Origin: Methyloligellaceae bacterium
GTDB taxonomy: Bacteria; Pseudomonadota; Alphaproteobacteria; Rhizobiales; CBDCYM01
Length of the DNA: 64,000 bases
Assembly: GCA_965224165.1 (NCBI GenBank)
Contig: CBDCYM010000011.1
Span: forward strand, 3,622,464 to 3,686,463
Direction: 5' to 3'
Positions 47,551 to 55,296 of the stretch are shown here, one piece after another. The position numbers were made by a program, and so were the translations under genes. The notes below the pieces were generated by a model. That model did not search any database. It was given only the letters and a program-made list of their open reading frames with translations, and was not told the origin of the DNA. Numbering within the stretch: the first letter of the stretch is position 1; every line of letters starts with the position of its first letter.

Positions 47551-49602
47551 GTGATACAATCACTTATAAAAACCTTTTTCGCTGAACGTTTTGCACCATT
47601 CGTTCTGATCATTGCCGTCACATCTATCAGCGCTTTCGAAGCTGAGGCGCGTACGCCAAAGCTCAATCATAAAACTTATGTCGGCACATCCGGGGTGACT
47701 GCGCCGGATGATTCATTCCCAACAATCAGAGTTCTTTATGATAAAAATGCTTTTGACCAGAATGGAACTGAGCGCTGGATAGCTCTGCAAGCGGGAGCAC
47801 CAGTGATTATGTCTACCCAATACCAGATAGGTATTTGGGATGGTTACATAACGGATCTTCGCATTGGGCATGTTGTTGACGGTAGGACAGGCGCGCTTTC
47901 CGATTTATTTGTCGACAGCCGTGCAGCTTTTACCTACCCATCTGGCGAAATGCCTCCTGGATACACAAATCTTCTTGCTGGCGCCTTTAATGATATTGGG
48001 CCGAATACCGTCTTTAAAGAGCTCAGAGTAAATGATCTGCCCGCATCGGAAAGGGATGATATTGTAGCTGCTTGTAATGCGCGAGCAAATGCCGGGAATG
48101 GTTACAGGGTTCTCCATAATTACTCAGTTTTCATGCGCGTTTATACCCGGGCCCGAAGGAGAAAGGGCGGTAGTGGCTACTGCGTATGCCCCAGGGGGCG
48201 GAGCTGGTGTAAATGCAATCATTATGGCGGATGGGGGAAAAGTAGAACCTTTACAATCTCAGGGGCAATTCCAATCAACATTCAGTGCAACCGTCCTGGT
48301 TCAAACCAACCTGCTGGACCTGCTGGGCTTCAACGTCAGCCTGAGATCACCAACGCTTCCTTAAGCATAAAAACATCCGGCAAGAGTTGCCCTAAACAGC
48401 CGGCAGCAGAAGTTAGGATTTTTGGCGAGGGAAAACGTAAGGTTCGCTACCGCATTTTACGTAAAATGAGCAAATATAATTCACGCTGGTTTGAGGGACG
48501 GCTTAAAAAAACTAAAATCCTTGGTGGTGAAGGATACGCGTTGGTCGCCAATCATAAACTGAAGCGCAAGCTCGGGCCTGGCGAGAAAAAATTCCGCTTG
48601 GAAATACAGGGTTGGAAAAAAACCAAGTGGCAAACCGTCAAAATCACCTGTCCACCCTTAAAAGCGAAAAAGGTCGTGCTTTCGGTCACCGGCAGTGGCA
48701 AAGGTGTTATTTGTCCACGTCACACAAGCACGGAAATTGAAGCACCCACCAACGGACCAGGTGAAATAACTTTCCAATTACGTGAGGTCGGCGGTGTCAA
48801 AGGTGCAAAATATAAAAGGAAAGCAAAAAGGGAAGGTGATAAATATGTCGCCCGCTACAAGGCAAAAAATAAGGCCTATATAGACGTCAACAAAGTCTAC
48901 GAGGCCGTTGCCAATAATGATAAGGTCTCCAATAAAGCCAAGCTGAAAATTTTCTGCATTAAATCAGAGTCAGGCAAACTAACGCTGCGACAAAAGCCGG
49001 GACCAAAATGCCAAGCAGAAGCTCTGGTGGCCATACACACCAATGTCGGCGGCAAGGTTCCTTATGAACTAGAATGTGGCGTCAACAGGTCCTGGCAACG
49101 TACGGCTCGCGCACCAGGTGCCAATAAGATTGGCGTTGATAAGATCAGTTTCGGCGTCAAGAATAATGAGCGAGTGACATGTATCTTGCGCACGCGTCTT
49201 GGCGGCCAGCTCAAATCGCTTGGTGGCGCATCTAAGACATTTAGATGCTCGACATTATCGTCATCAGAGAAACCAAATAAACCCGCGCGCGAAACATCTC
49301 AATCTTCCCAACCACGCTGCCTAGGCGGTGATGTGCGAAAGAACACATGCCTTTGCTCGCCAAATAAAAAGAGGGTGAAAATTGGCAAGAACGCTTTCCG
49401 CTGCAAGCCCAAAAAACCATCCATCATATGTCAGGGTGGGCACGCCAAACCTGGAGGATGTGTTTGCCCGAGAAGGACGAAAAAAGTTCAGCTAGGTCCG
49501 AACCGTTTTCAGTGTGAACCTAAGCGCCAAGGCCTCAAGAAAAAAAGATGCCGTGGTAATAAAATTCCTGTCCGAGGCAAATGTATCCGCCCGGCTGGCT
49601 AA
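47551..49602 (+). CDS. Secreted mosaic protein: unknown N-terminal domain + 3 Cys-bracketed modules + Cys/Lys tail (paralogous C-terminal architecture to 44609-47224)
   Basis: GGAGGG Shine-Dalgarno before a GTG start. Signal peptide (VLIIAVTSISAFEA-EA). Modules are bounded by ...ITCPPLK... and ...KIFC / ...TFRC. Tail has CLGG...CLCSP...FRC and CQGG...CVCPRR...FQC repeats. Confidence 0.8.
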   Translation: MIQSLIKTFFAERFAPFVLIIAVTSISAFEAEARTPKLNHKTYVGTSGVTAPDDSFPTIRVLYDKNAFDQNGTERWIALQAGAPVIMSTQYQIGIWDGYITDLRIGHVVDGRTGALSDLFVDSRAAFTYPSGEMPPGYTNLLAGAFNDIGPNTVFKELRVNDLPASERDDIVAACNARANAGNGYRVLHNYSVFMRVYTRARRRKGGSGYCVCPRGRSWCKCNHYGGWGKSRTFTISGAIPINIQCNRPGSNQPAGPAGLQRQPEITNASLSIKTSGKSCPKQPAAEVRIFGEGKRKVRYRILRKMSKYNSRWFEGRLKKTKILGGEGYALVANHKLKRKLGPGEKKFRLEIQGWKKTKWQTVKITCPPLKAKKVVLSVTGSGKGVICPRHTSTEIEAPTNGPGEITFQLREVGGVKGAKYKRKAKREGDKYVARYKAKNKAYIDVNKVYEAVANNDKVSNKAKLKIFCIKSESGKLTLRQKPGPKCQAEALVAIHTNVGGKVPYELECGVNRSWQRTARAPGANKIGVDKISFGVKNNERVTCILRTRLGGQLKSLGGASKTFRCSTLSSSEKPNKPARETSQSSQPRCLGGDVRKNTCLCSPNKKRVKIGKNAFRCKPKKPSIICQGGHAKPGGCVCPRRTKKVQLGPNRFQCEPKRQGLKKKRCRGNKIPVRGKCIRPAG

Positions 49603-49644
49603 ATTGTGAATTTAGGCAAAAATGCAGGTCCCGGCAAAAGCAAT

Positions 49645-49945
49645 GGTGCAGGAAATGTGGGGTATTTTCAAGCCTTTGCGACGCTGTAGTCGAGCAAATT
49701 GACCATATCCTCTGAAGACTAAAACGGCTTCAATCTGCAGCACGAAACACTTGAAAAGGGAGGCAACCCTTGTCTGCACGCTTCTCCTAGATCAACCCAC
49801 GTTCAAGTAAATTCACTTGAACGTGGTAAAGTTGATCGATATCAAAAAATGAGAGCATCCATGCGATTCCATCTAAACGCAGGATGCTCTAGCATCTTTT
49901 TGCTGTTTCTAGCGCCATTTTCAGCACATTCATGAGTCCGTGACC
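49645..49945. repeat. 5'-truncated copy of the long-form MITE-like element (same orientation as 41515-41916)
   Basis: Begins inside the element (ggtgcaggaaatgtgg...), retains the nested hairpin module and the right TIR cacattcatgagtccgtgacc, and is followed by TA. Confidence 0.7.
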
Positions 49946-49946
49946 T

Positions 49947-50108
49947 AGTGAGGTGAATTTGAAGTTCCTATCATATTTGCGGCATACCCTTTTAGGAATT
50001 TCAAATTCGTAAACCTCACTAGATTCAAAAATTGGCTAGTATCCTTTCGAATCTAAAGTTCGAAAAGTGCCTGACTGAAAATGATACGAACTTTAGATTC
50101 GTGACCTA
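49947..50108. repeat. Two further palindromic hairpin modules (intergenic mosaic)
   Basis: H1: agtgaggtgaatttgaagttccta (49947-49970) pairs with taggaatttcaaattcgtaaacctcact (49993-50020). H2: tcgaatctaaagttcg (50048-50063) pairs with cgaactttagattcg (50087-50101), followed by tgaccTAG. Confidence 0.7.
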
Positions 50109-50197
50109 GAGTGAAGATTTGCAACTTTACCCGGTTCTTTTCTTCCAATATAAGCGATCGCTACACAGACACTCATTTTCTCATTCCGGCTTTAGCG

Positions 50198-51124
50198 ATG
50201 GACCCAGTCATCTCAGTAAAAAACTTGTCGAAGACTTATGCTTCAGGTTTTGAGGCGCTCAAAAAAATCAATTTAGACATCTGTCGAGGAGAAATTTTTG
50301 CTCTTTTAGGACCGAACGGCGCGGGAAAAACAACGCTTATCAGCATCATCTGTGGGATCGTAAATGCGACATCGGGAAGTGTGACAGTTGATGGTTATGA
50401 CATCATCACGAGCTATCGTGAAACCCGCTCCCGGATCGGACTGGTGCCTCAAGAGCTGACCACCGATGCCTTTGAGAGCGTTTGGAACACGGTAACCTTC
50501 ACGCGCGGACTATTTGGCAAATCTGCCGATCCGGCGCTCATTGAAAAGATACTCAAAGATCTCTCACTCTGGGATAAGAAAGATAACCAGATCATGGCGT
50601 TGTCGGGTGGCATGAAGCGTCGGCTGCTAATTGCTAAGGCTCTCTCACACGAACCGCAAATTCTCTTTCTAGACGAACCAACAGCAGGCGTCGATGTTAC
50701 GTTACGGCAAGACATGTGGAACCTTGTTAGCACGTTGCGCACTTCCGGAGTAACTATCATCCTGACAACGCATTACATCGAGGAAGCGGAGGAGATGGCT
50801 GACCGGGTTGGCGTTATCAATGAAGGTAAACTAGTGCTTGTTGAAGATAAAATTAGTCTGATGCAGAAACTCGGTAAAAAGCGATTGACGTTACAACTCG
50901 TTGAAAAAATAAGTAGACTACCAGAGCAATTCTCCAGTTTCGATTTGGAATTAGCTGAGGATGGCAACGAACTTATCTACACTTATGACACGCAAAAGGA
51001 ACGCACGGGTATTACGGCGTTGCTAAATAAGCTTCGCGAAGCGGGGATAACATTCCGCGATCTGCATACGACACAGAGTTCGCTTGAGGAAATTTTTGTT
51101 GATCTCGTCAAGAGGCTGAAATGA
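50198..51124 (+). CDS. ABC transporter ATP-binding protein (ABC-2 exporter type)
   Basis: Walker [10 protein letters not shown], signature LSGGMKRR, Walker B ILFLDEPT. The ATG at 50198 is preferred over the upstream in-frame start inside repeat DNA. Confidence 0.9.
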   Translation: MDPVISVKNLSKTYASGFEALKKINLDICRGEIFALLGPNGAGKTTLISIICGIVNATSGSVTVDGYDIITSYRETRSRIGLVPQELTTDAFESVWNTVTFTRGLFGKSADPALIEKILKDLSLWDKKDNQIMALSGGMKRRLLIAKALSHEPQILFLDEPTAGVDVTLRQDMWNLVSTLRTSGVTIILTTHYIEEAEEMADRVGVINEGKLVLVEDKISLMQKLGKKRLTLQLVEKISRLPEQFSSFDLELAEDGNELIYTYDTQKERTGITALLNKLREAGITFRDLHTTQSSLEEIFVDLVKRLK

Positions 51125-51882
51125 ACATCCCTGCGATATGGGCGATATATAAATTCGAAATGGCGCGGACTTCACGCACACTTATGCAGAGCATCGTCTC
51201 GCCAGTCCTCGCCACTTGCCTTTATTTTGTTGTTTTCGGAGCGGCAATTGGCTCACGCATCACAGCTATTGACGGGGTGAGCTACGGCGCCTTCATCGTA
51301 CCAGGCCTTGTCATGATGTCTCTGCTAACCCAAAGCGTCGCCAATGCATCCTTTGGCATCTACTTCCCACGCTTCACAGGCACTATCTACGAAATTCTCT
51401 CAGCACCAGTGTCGTTCTTCGAGATAGTGCTCGGCTACGTCGGTGCTGCAACGACAAAGTCCATCATCCTTGGTTTGATAATCCTCGCCACCGCATCATT
51501 GATAGTCCCCTTAGAAATTGCACACCCGTTTTGGATGCTCGCATTTCTTATATTGACAGCAGTGACATTTTCACTGCTCGGTTTCATCATCGGCATCTGG
51601 GCCGATGGCTTTGAGCAACTTCAGATTGTACCATTATTGGTAATCACGCCATTAGCATTCCTTGGTGGCAGTTTTTATTCTATCGACATGCTGCCGCCTG
51701 CCTGGCAAATGGTTAGCCTGTTCAACCCAGTCGTCTATCTGATCAGTGGGTTTCGCTGGAGTTTTTCCGAGATCTCCGATGTGAGCATTATCCTCAGCTT
51801 TGGCATCACAATACTCTTCCTGCTACTTTGTCTTGGTATTGTGTGGTGGATTTTCAAAACTGGATATCGCCTAAAAAATTGA
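51121..51882 (+). CDS. ABC-2 type transporter permease
   Basis: ATGA overlap with the upstream ATPase gene. Six hydrophobic helices and 253 aa. Confidence 0.85.
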   Translation: MNIPAIWAIYKFEMARTSRTLMQSIVSPVLATCLYFVVFGAAIGSRITAIDGVSYGAFIVPGLVMMSLLTQSVANASFGIYFPRFTGTIYEILSAPVSFFEIVLGYVGAATTKSIILGLIILATASLIVPLEIAHPFWMLAFLILTAVTFSLLGFIIGIWADGFEQLQIVPLLVITPLAFLGGSFYSIDMLPPAWQMVSLFNPVVYLISGFRWSFSEISDVSIILSFGITILFLLLCLGIVWWIFKTGYRLKN

Positions 51883-52017
51883 GGACGGAAAATTAGCGAA
51901 GGGGCCCTTGCGTCTGAGGACAATATCACTCAGGTCTTTTTACAACAGCGGCCGTACTTACCAGACGCAACAGATAGGCCAAGCTCCTTGATAATTTCTG
52001 TGAGTAATACCGCCAAG

Positions 52018-52440
52018 CTAACGTCCAAACACATCTTTCGCACGTGTGAGGGCCTTTTTACAGATAGGTGAAATCACGTCATGTTTATCCATGAGGCAGG
52101 CAACAATACGCCCTCCCCCAGGCAGAACACCAGAGCAATAACGAGCCGCATCTGCATTGCATGCGAAAAAGGAGTTACGCAAAGATGTCGTCTTGTCGAC
52201 GTGACTACGACAGTCAGGTGAAAGATGGGTGCGTTTATCAGTGAGGCATTGAATGATACGGCCACCACCCGGAATAACGTTAGGACAGAGTTGAGCGATG
52301 TCATCACCGCAAGCTCTGAGGCCTTGAATCAGCAAAAAGCCCCGACCACCCCAGGCATTACCAACTTCAACGCTTACCGGTATGTGCAGTATGCTTGACG
52401 CGATGATTAAGAGTAGGAACCGACGTAATTTACGTGCCAT
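52018..52440 (-). CDS. Secreted protein with two cysteine-rich repeats (C-x3-D-x4-C-x3-PGGGRI-x2-C-x9-12-C)
   Basis: Start chosen at MARKLRRFLLLIIASS (signal peptide), shared with the upstream paralog. Repeats are CGDDIAQLCPNVIPGGGRIIQCLTDKRTHLSPDC and CNADAARYCSGVLPGGGRIVACLMDKHDVISPIC. Confidence 0.7.
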   Translation of the reverse strand: MARKLRRFLLLIIASSILHIPVSVEVGNAWGGRGFLLIQGLRACGDDIAQLCPNVIPGGGRIIQCLTDKRTHLSPDCRSHVDKTTSLRNSFFACNADAARYCSGVLPGGGRIVACLMDKHDVISPICKKALTRAKDVFGR

Positions 52441-52558
52441 GTCTATGTTCTCCTCTCCTCTAATCAAGTCAAACGTTAACACCAAGGCTGGTTGATAGAC
52501 AAACGACAAAATCAGATGACCAAGCCTACCGGCAAGAAACGGTGTGGGTTGCGACGCT

Positions 52559-53899
52559 TCATCTCTTAGGTCTATCGATACGTGCATATCCTTCAGGCAA
52601 GCTGTGTACCGACAAAAACGCCCAGATTTCATCCATGCCGATTTCTTTGGTCACATGCCCGAATGTGCGCGCCGGTAAATACTGAGCACCACTGGGCCAC
52701 ACATGTCCGCCACCTTCGACACGATAAAGAACAAGCGGCGCAATGCAGTTTTGCCCGTCATATCTGATCACAGTTGTTCCGTCTTTGAATCGGTCCGGCA
52801 AGACGGTCTTTTTGGGGGCCTTTGCACAGCCATTTTTTTGGGCCCAATACGCATTGCTTCTGTTAACGCCTAAGAAAGACGCTCCTTTGTCTTCTTCGAA
52901 TCTCCCACAAGTCGGGAGCCCACCTTTATAGGGCCAGACACAATCCCGCGTGCCGTGGATCTGCAAGATTGGAACCGGCCCTGGCGCATCACAACCTGGA
53001 TATGCGATCACCTGAAAGGTGCCTCCGACAGAAGCGATCGCAGCGATCCTGTCCGGTAACTTGCAGGCCAGAAGATGGCTCATGGCACCGCCAGTTGAGA
53101 TGCCTGTCGCGTAGACACGCGCCATGTCAACCGGTGCGCGGCCTTTAAGATCATCCAGCAAGGCATTGAAATAGGCTATGTCATCGACATCATCCTCGCA
53201 GGCTGGGCGCGATGTGCAGATCCACTTGCCTGCAGGGTCGCCACCGCCTGCGTTCCATGACCGCCGTATCCGGCGGGCAGACTCTTGAGGAGCTGCGGTG
53301 CCACGCGGCAAGACAACAATATAGCCGTTGCGGGCTGCGTGATTCACAATGCACTCTGGGCGGCGTTCATTGCCGAGGGGGCATGTCACCTTGCGCGCGG
53401 ACTTCACGTCTCCTCCACCACCGTGCAACACTAGAAGCACCGGTGCCGGTGCTTTCACATTATCGGGGACAAAAAGATCGTAGGGCCGTTCTTTGTATCC
53501 CGATAACCCTATCTCTTCCGTATACGTACCGCCATTCGGCGATAGCACCGCGTTCCGGTCCGGGCCAGTCTTTCTCTGAATTGTTCTATGAGGAGTTTTT
53601 CTTAAAGTTTTTTTGTGTGTCTTTTGATGAGTCTTTCCAGTCACGAAGGCGTCGACCAAGTCACGACAATTGGGTGAGAGTTGGTCACGTTTATTAGAGA
53701 TACATTGAATAATTCGGCCGCCACCCGGAATAACATGAGAACAGAGTCGGGCGATGTCACCACCGCAAGTTCTAAGACCGATTTGGGCTGGCGTGAAGCG
53801 TTGATCGCCCCAGACATCACCAGCTGTAATGCTTTCCAGCATGAAAGGGATGCTTGACGCGATGATTAGAAGTAGGAACTGACGTAATTTACGTGCCAT
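52559..53899 (-). CDS. Secreted esterase of the PHB-depolymerase/LpqC-like alpha/beta-hydrolase family with N-terminal cysteine-rich repeat
   Basis: Signal peptide MARKLRQFLLLIIASS. One Cys-rich repeat (CGGDIARLCSHVIPGGGRIIQCISNKRDQLSPNC). LLVLHGGGGD and the nucleophile elbow GISTGG. Confidence 0.7.
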   Translation of the reverse strand: MARKLRQFLLLIIASSIPFMLESITAGDVWGDQRFTPAQIGLRTCGGDIARLCSHVIPGGGRIIQCISNKRDQLSPNCRDLVDAFVTGKTHQKTHKKTLRKTPHRTIQRKTGPDRNAVLSPNGGTYTEEIGLSGYKERPYDLFVPDNVKAPAPVLLVLHGGGGDVKSARKVTCPLGNERRPECIVNHAARNGYIVVLPRGTAAPQESARRIRRSWNAGGGDPAGKWICTSRPACEDDVDDIAYFNALLDDLKGRAPVDMARVYATGISTGGAMSHLLACKLPDRIAAIASVGGTFQVIAYPGCDAPGPVPILQIHGTRDCVWPYKGGLPTCGRFEEDKGASFLGVNRSNAYWAQKNGCAKAPKKTVLPDRFKDGTTVIRYDGQNCIAPLVLYRVEGGGHVWPSGAQYLPARTFGHVTKEIGMDEIWAFLSVHSLPEGYARIDRPKR

Positions 53900-54082
53900 G
53901 TCTATTATTCTTTTCATTTTCTAGCTGAAGAGCAACAGAATCTAAGAGCGGTGAACGGCGAGGCGGCAACTGGCTACCCCGCCGTTCATTTTCAAGAGAG
54001 TGCCTTAAGAGCCTTCAATTTCAATTGAATCAAAACTTGACCCCTAAGGCTTTGCTTTCGAGTGCTTTTTGCCCGAAACATC

Positions 54083-54394
54083 CTAGTAGCGCTGGAATTT
54101 GCGTTTGGTTGTCACCTTGTTGCCAAGTGGACCTGTCCAGGTTGCCGTGCCTTCGCAAGTGTCGCCCGAGCAGTGTGTTGAACCTTCTCGAGTTATCGAG
54201 TTGCCCCTTGGGCCAGTCCAACGTTGATTTGATGCGCAGCTACCATTTGCACACGAGCCACTACCAGAAACTCCCCATTGGCCGCCGTAAGGGCCCGTTG
54301 TCTGTCTCTCGCGTTTCCAGCTTCCAGCATCAGCGGCGGTGGCCCCAGCAACTGTCAGTGCAAGGACGCAAGCTAATTGAACAAAACGCTGCAT
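54083..54394 (-). CDS. Small secreted Gly/Cys-rich protein with internal duplication
   Basis: Start chosen at MQRFVQLACVLALTVAGATAADA (signal peptide). Two copies of C-x3-C-x5-6-WTGPxGN. Confidence 0.55.
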   Translation of the reverse strand: MQRFVQLACVLALTVAGATAADAGSWKRERQTTGPYGGQWGVSGSGSCANGSCASNQRWTGPRGNSITREGSTHCSGDTCEGTATWTGPLGNKVTTKRKFQRY

Positions 54395-54512
54395 GTCTAA
54401 ATCTCCTGTACTGCTTTCTTTATTATCAACATCATTAGCATCGCCATTAGTTGACGACGCAAAAGAGATTGCCGCACGGAGTTTGCATAAATGTTGCAGA
54501 TTGCCGGGGTAA

Positions 54513-54530
54513 TTGTAACAATTTGTAACC
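54513..54530. promoter_or_regulatory. 10-bp-phased direct repeat TTGTAACAatTTGTAACC (candidate OmpR-family binding site)
   Basis: Lies 52 bp upstream of the OmpR-family RR gene and 119 bp upstream of the divergent small secreted gene. The same arrangement recurs at 58799-58816. Confidence 0.45.
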
Positions 54531-54581
54531 GGGATACCCATTCCCTTTACGGTCCACATGGGTTTGAGTAAAAATTGATAT

Positions 54582-55295
54582 ATGAGTAAACAACCACGCG
54601 TTATCGTCGTTGAAGACGATCCTGAGATCAGGACACTTTTACAAGACTATTTGCTGCGGCAGGGATTTCGGATTGATGTCGTTGATGGTGGTGCAGCGCT
54701 CGACCGCCTGCTTTCGCAATATGGTGATCCTGATCTGATCGTACTTGACCTAATGCTACCTGGCGAGGATGGCTTTGCGATCTGTCAACGCCTGCGCGCC
54801 ACATCGCGCGTGCCGATTATTATGTTAACAGCTCGCGGTGATGACATCGATCGCATAGTCGGTCTTGAAATGGGCGCAGACGATTACTTGCCCAAACCCT
54901 TTAATCCGCGTGAGCTTGTCGCCCGCATACGTGCTATTTTGCGTCGCATGGAACCACCCTCTGAGACCAATCAGCGTCGCGTTGCCGTCGGTCAATTAGT
55001 GGTCGATCTTGATGCGCGCAGTGTGGTGGACCAAGACGGTGCCTCGCTCAACCTCACAAGTGCTGAATTTGATTTGCTGGAGTGCTTCGTTACGCGACCA
55101 AACCGGGTTCTCTCACGCGATCAGTTAATGGACTGGACCAGAGGTAGGCGATCAGAGGCCATGGACCGTACGATCGATGTTCAAGTCAGTCGACTACGAA
55201 AAAAAATTGAGACCGGATCCGAGCCTATGATTAAAACGTTGCGGAGCGCAGGCTATTTACTCGCCGTGGCGGTCCATCCAGTTAAGGACGTTTGA
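54582..55295 (+). CDS. OmpR-family response regulator (receiver + winged helix)
   Basis: VIVVEDDPEIRTLL...DLIVLDLMLPGEDG...MLTARG, and a C-terminal wHTH (VDLDARSV...LTSAEFDLLECF...VQVSRLRKKIE). Confidence 0.9.
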   Translation: MSKQPRVIVVEDDPEIRTLLQDYLLRQGFRIDVVDGGAALDRLLSQYGDPDLIVLDLMLPGEDGFAICQRLRATSRVPIIMLTARGDDIDRIVGLEMGADDYLPKPFNPRELVARIRAILRRMEPPSETNQRRVAVGQLVVDLDARSVVDQDGASLNLTSAEFDLLECFVTRPNRVLSRDQLMDWTRGRRSEAMDRTIDVQVSRLRKKIETGSEPMIKTLRSAGYLLAVAVHPVKDV

Positions 55296-55296
55296 C

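Noticed and set aside
44609-49602. The two large secreted proteins as cargo of the nearby two-ABC T1SS.
   Set aside because: Both have classical N-terminal Sec signal peptides, are Cys-rich and lack GGxGxD nonapeptides or an obvious C-terminal T1SS signal. They are also separated from the T1SS by prfC and an ABC-F gene on the other strand.
53953-53987. GC-rich hairpin gaacggcgagg...ccccgccgttc between the esterase gene and the small Gly/Cys protein gene.
   Set aside because: On the minus (transcribed) strand it lacks a U-tract. On the plus strand there is no gene to terminate. It could be a REP-like element, but there is only a single copy here.
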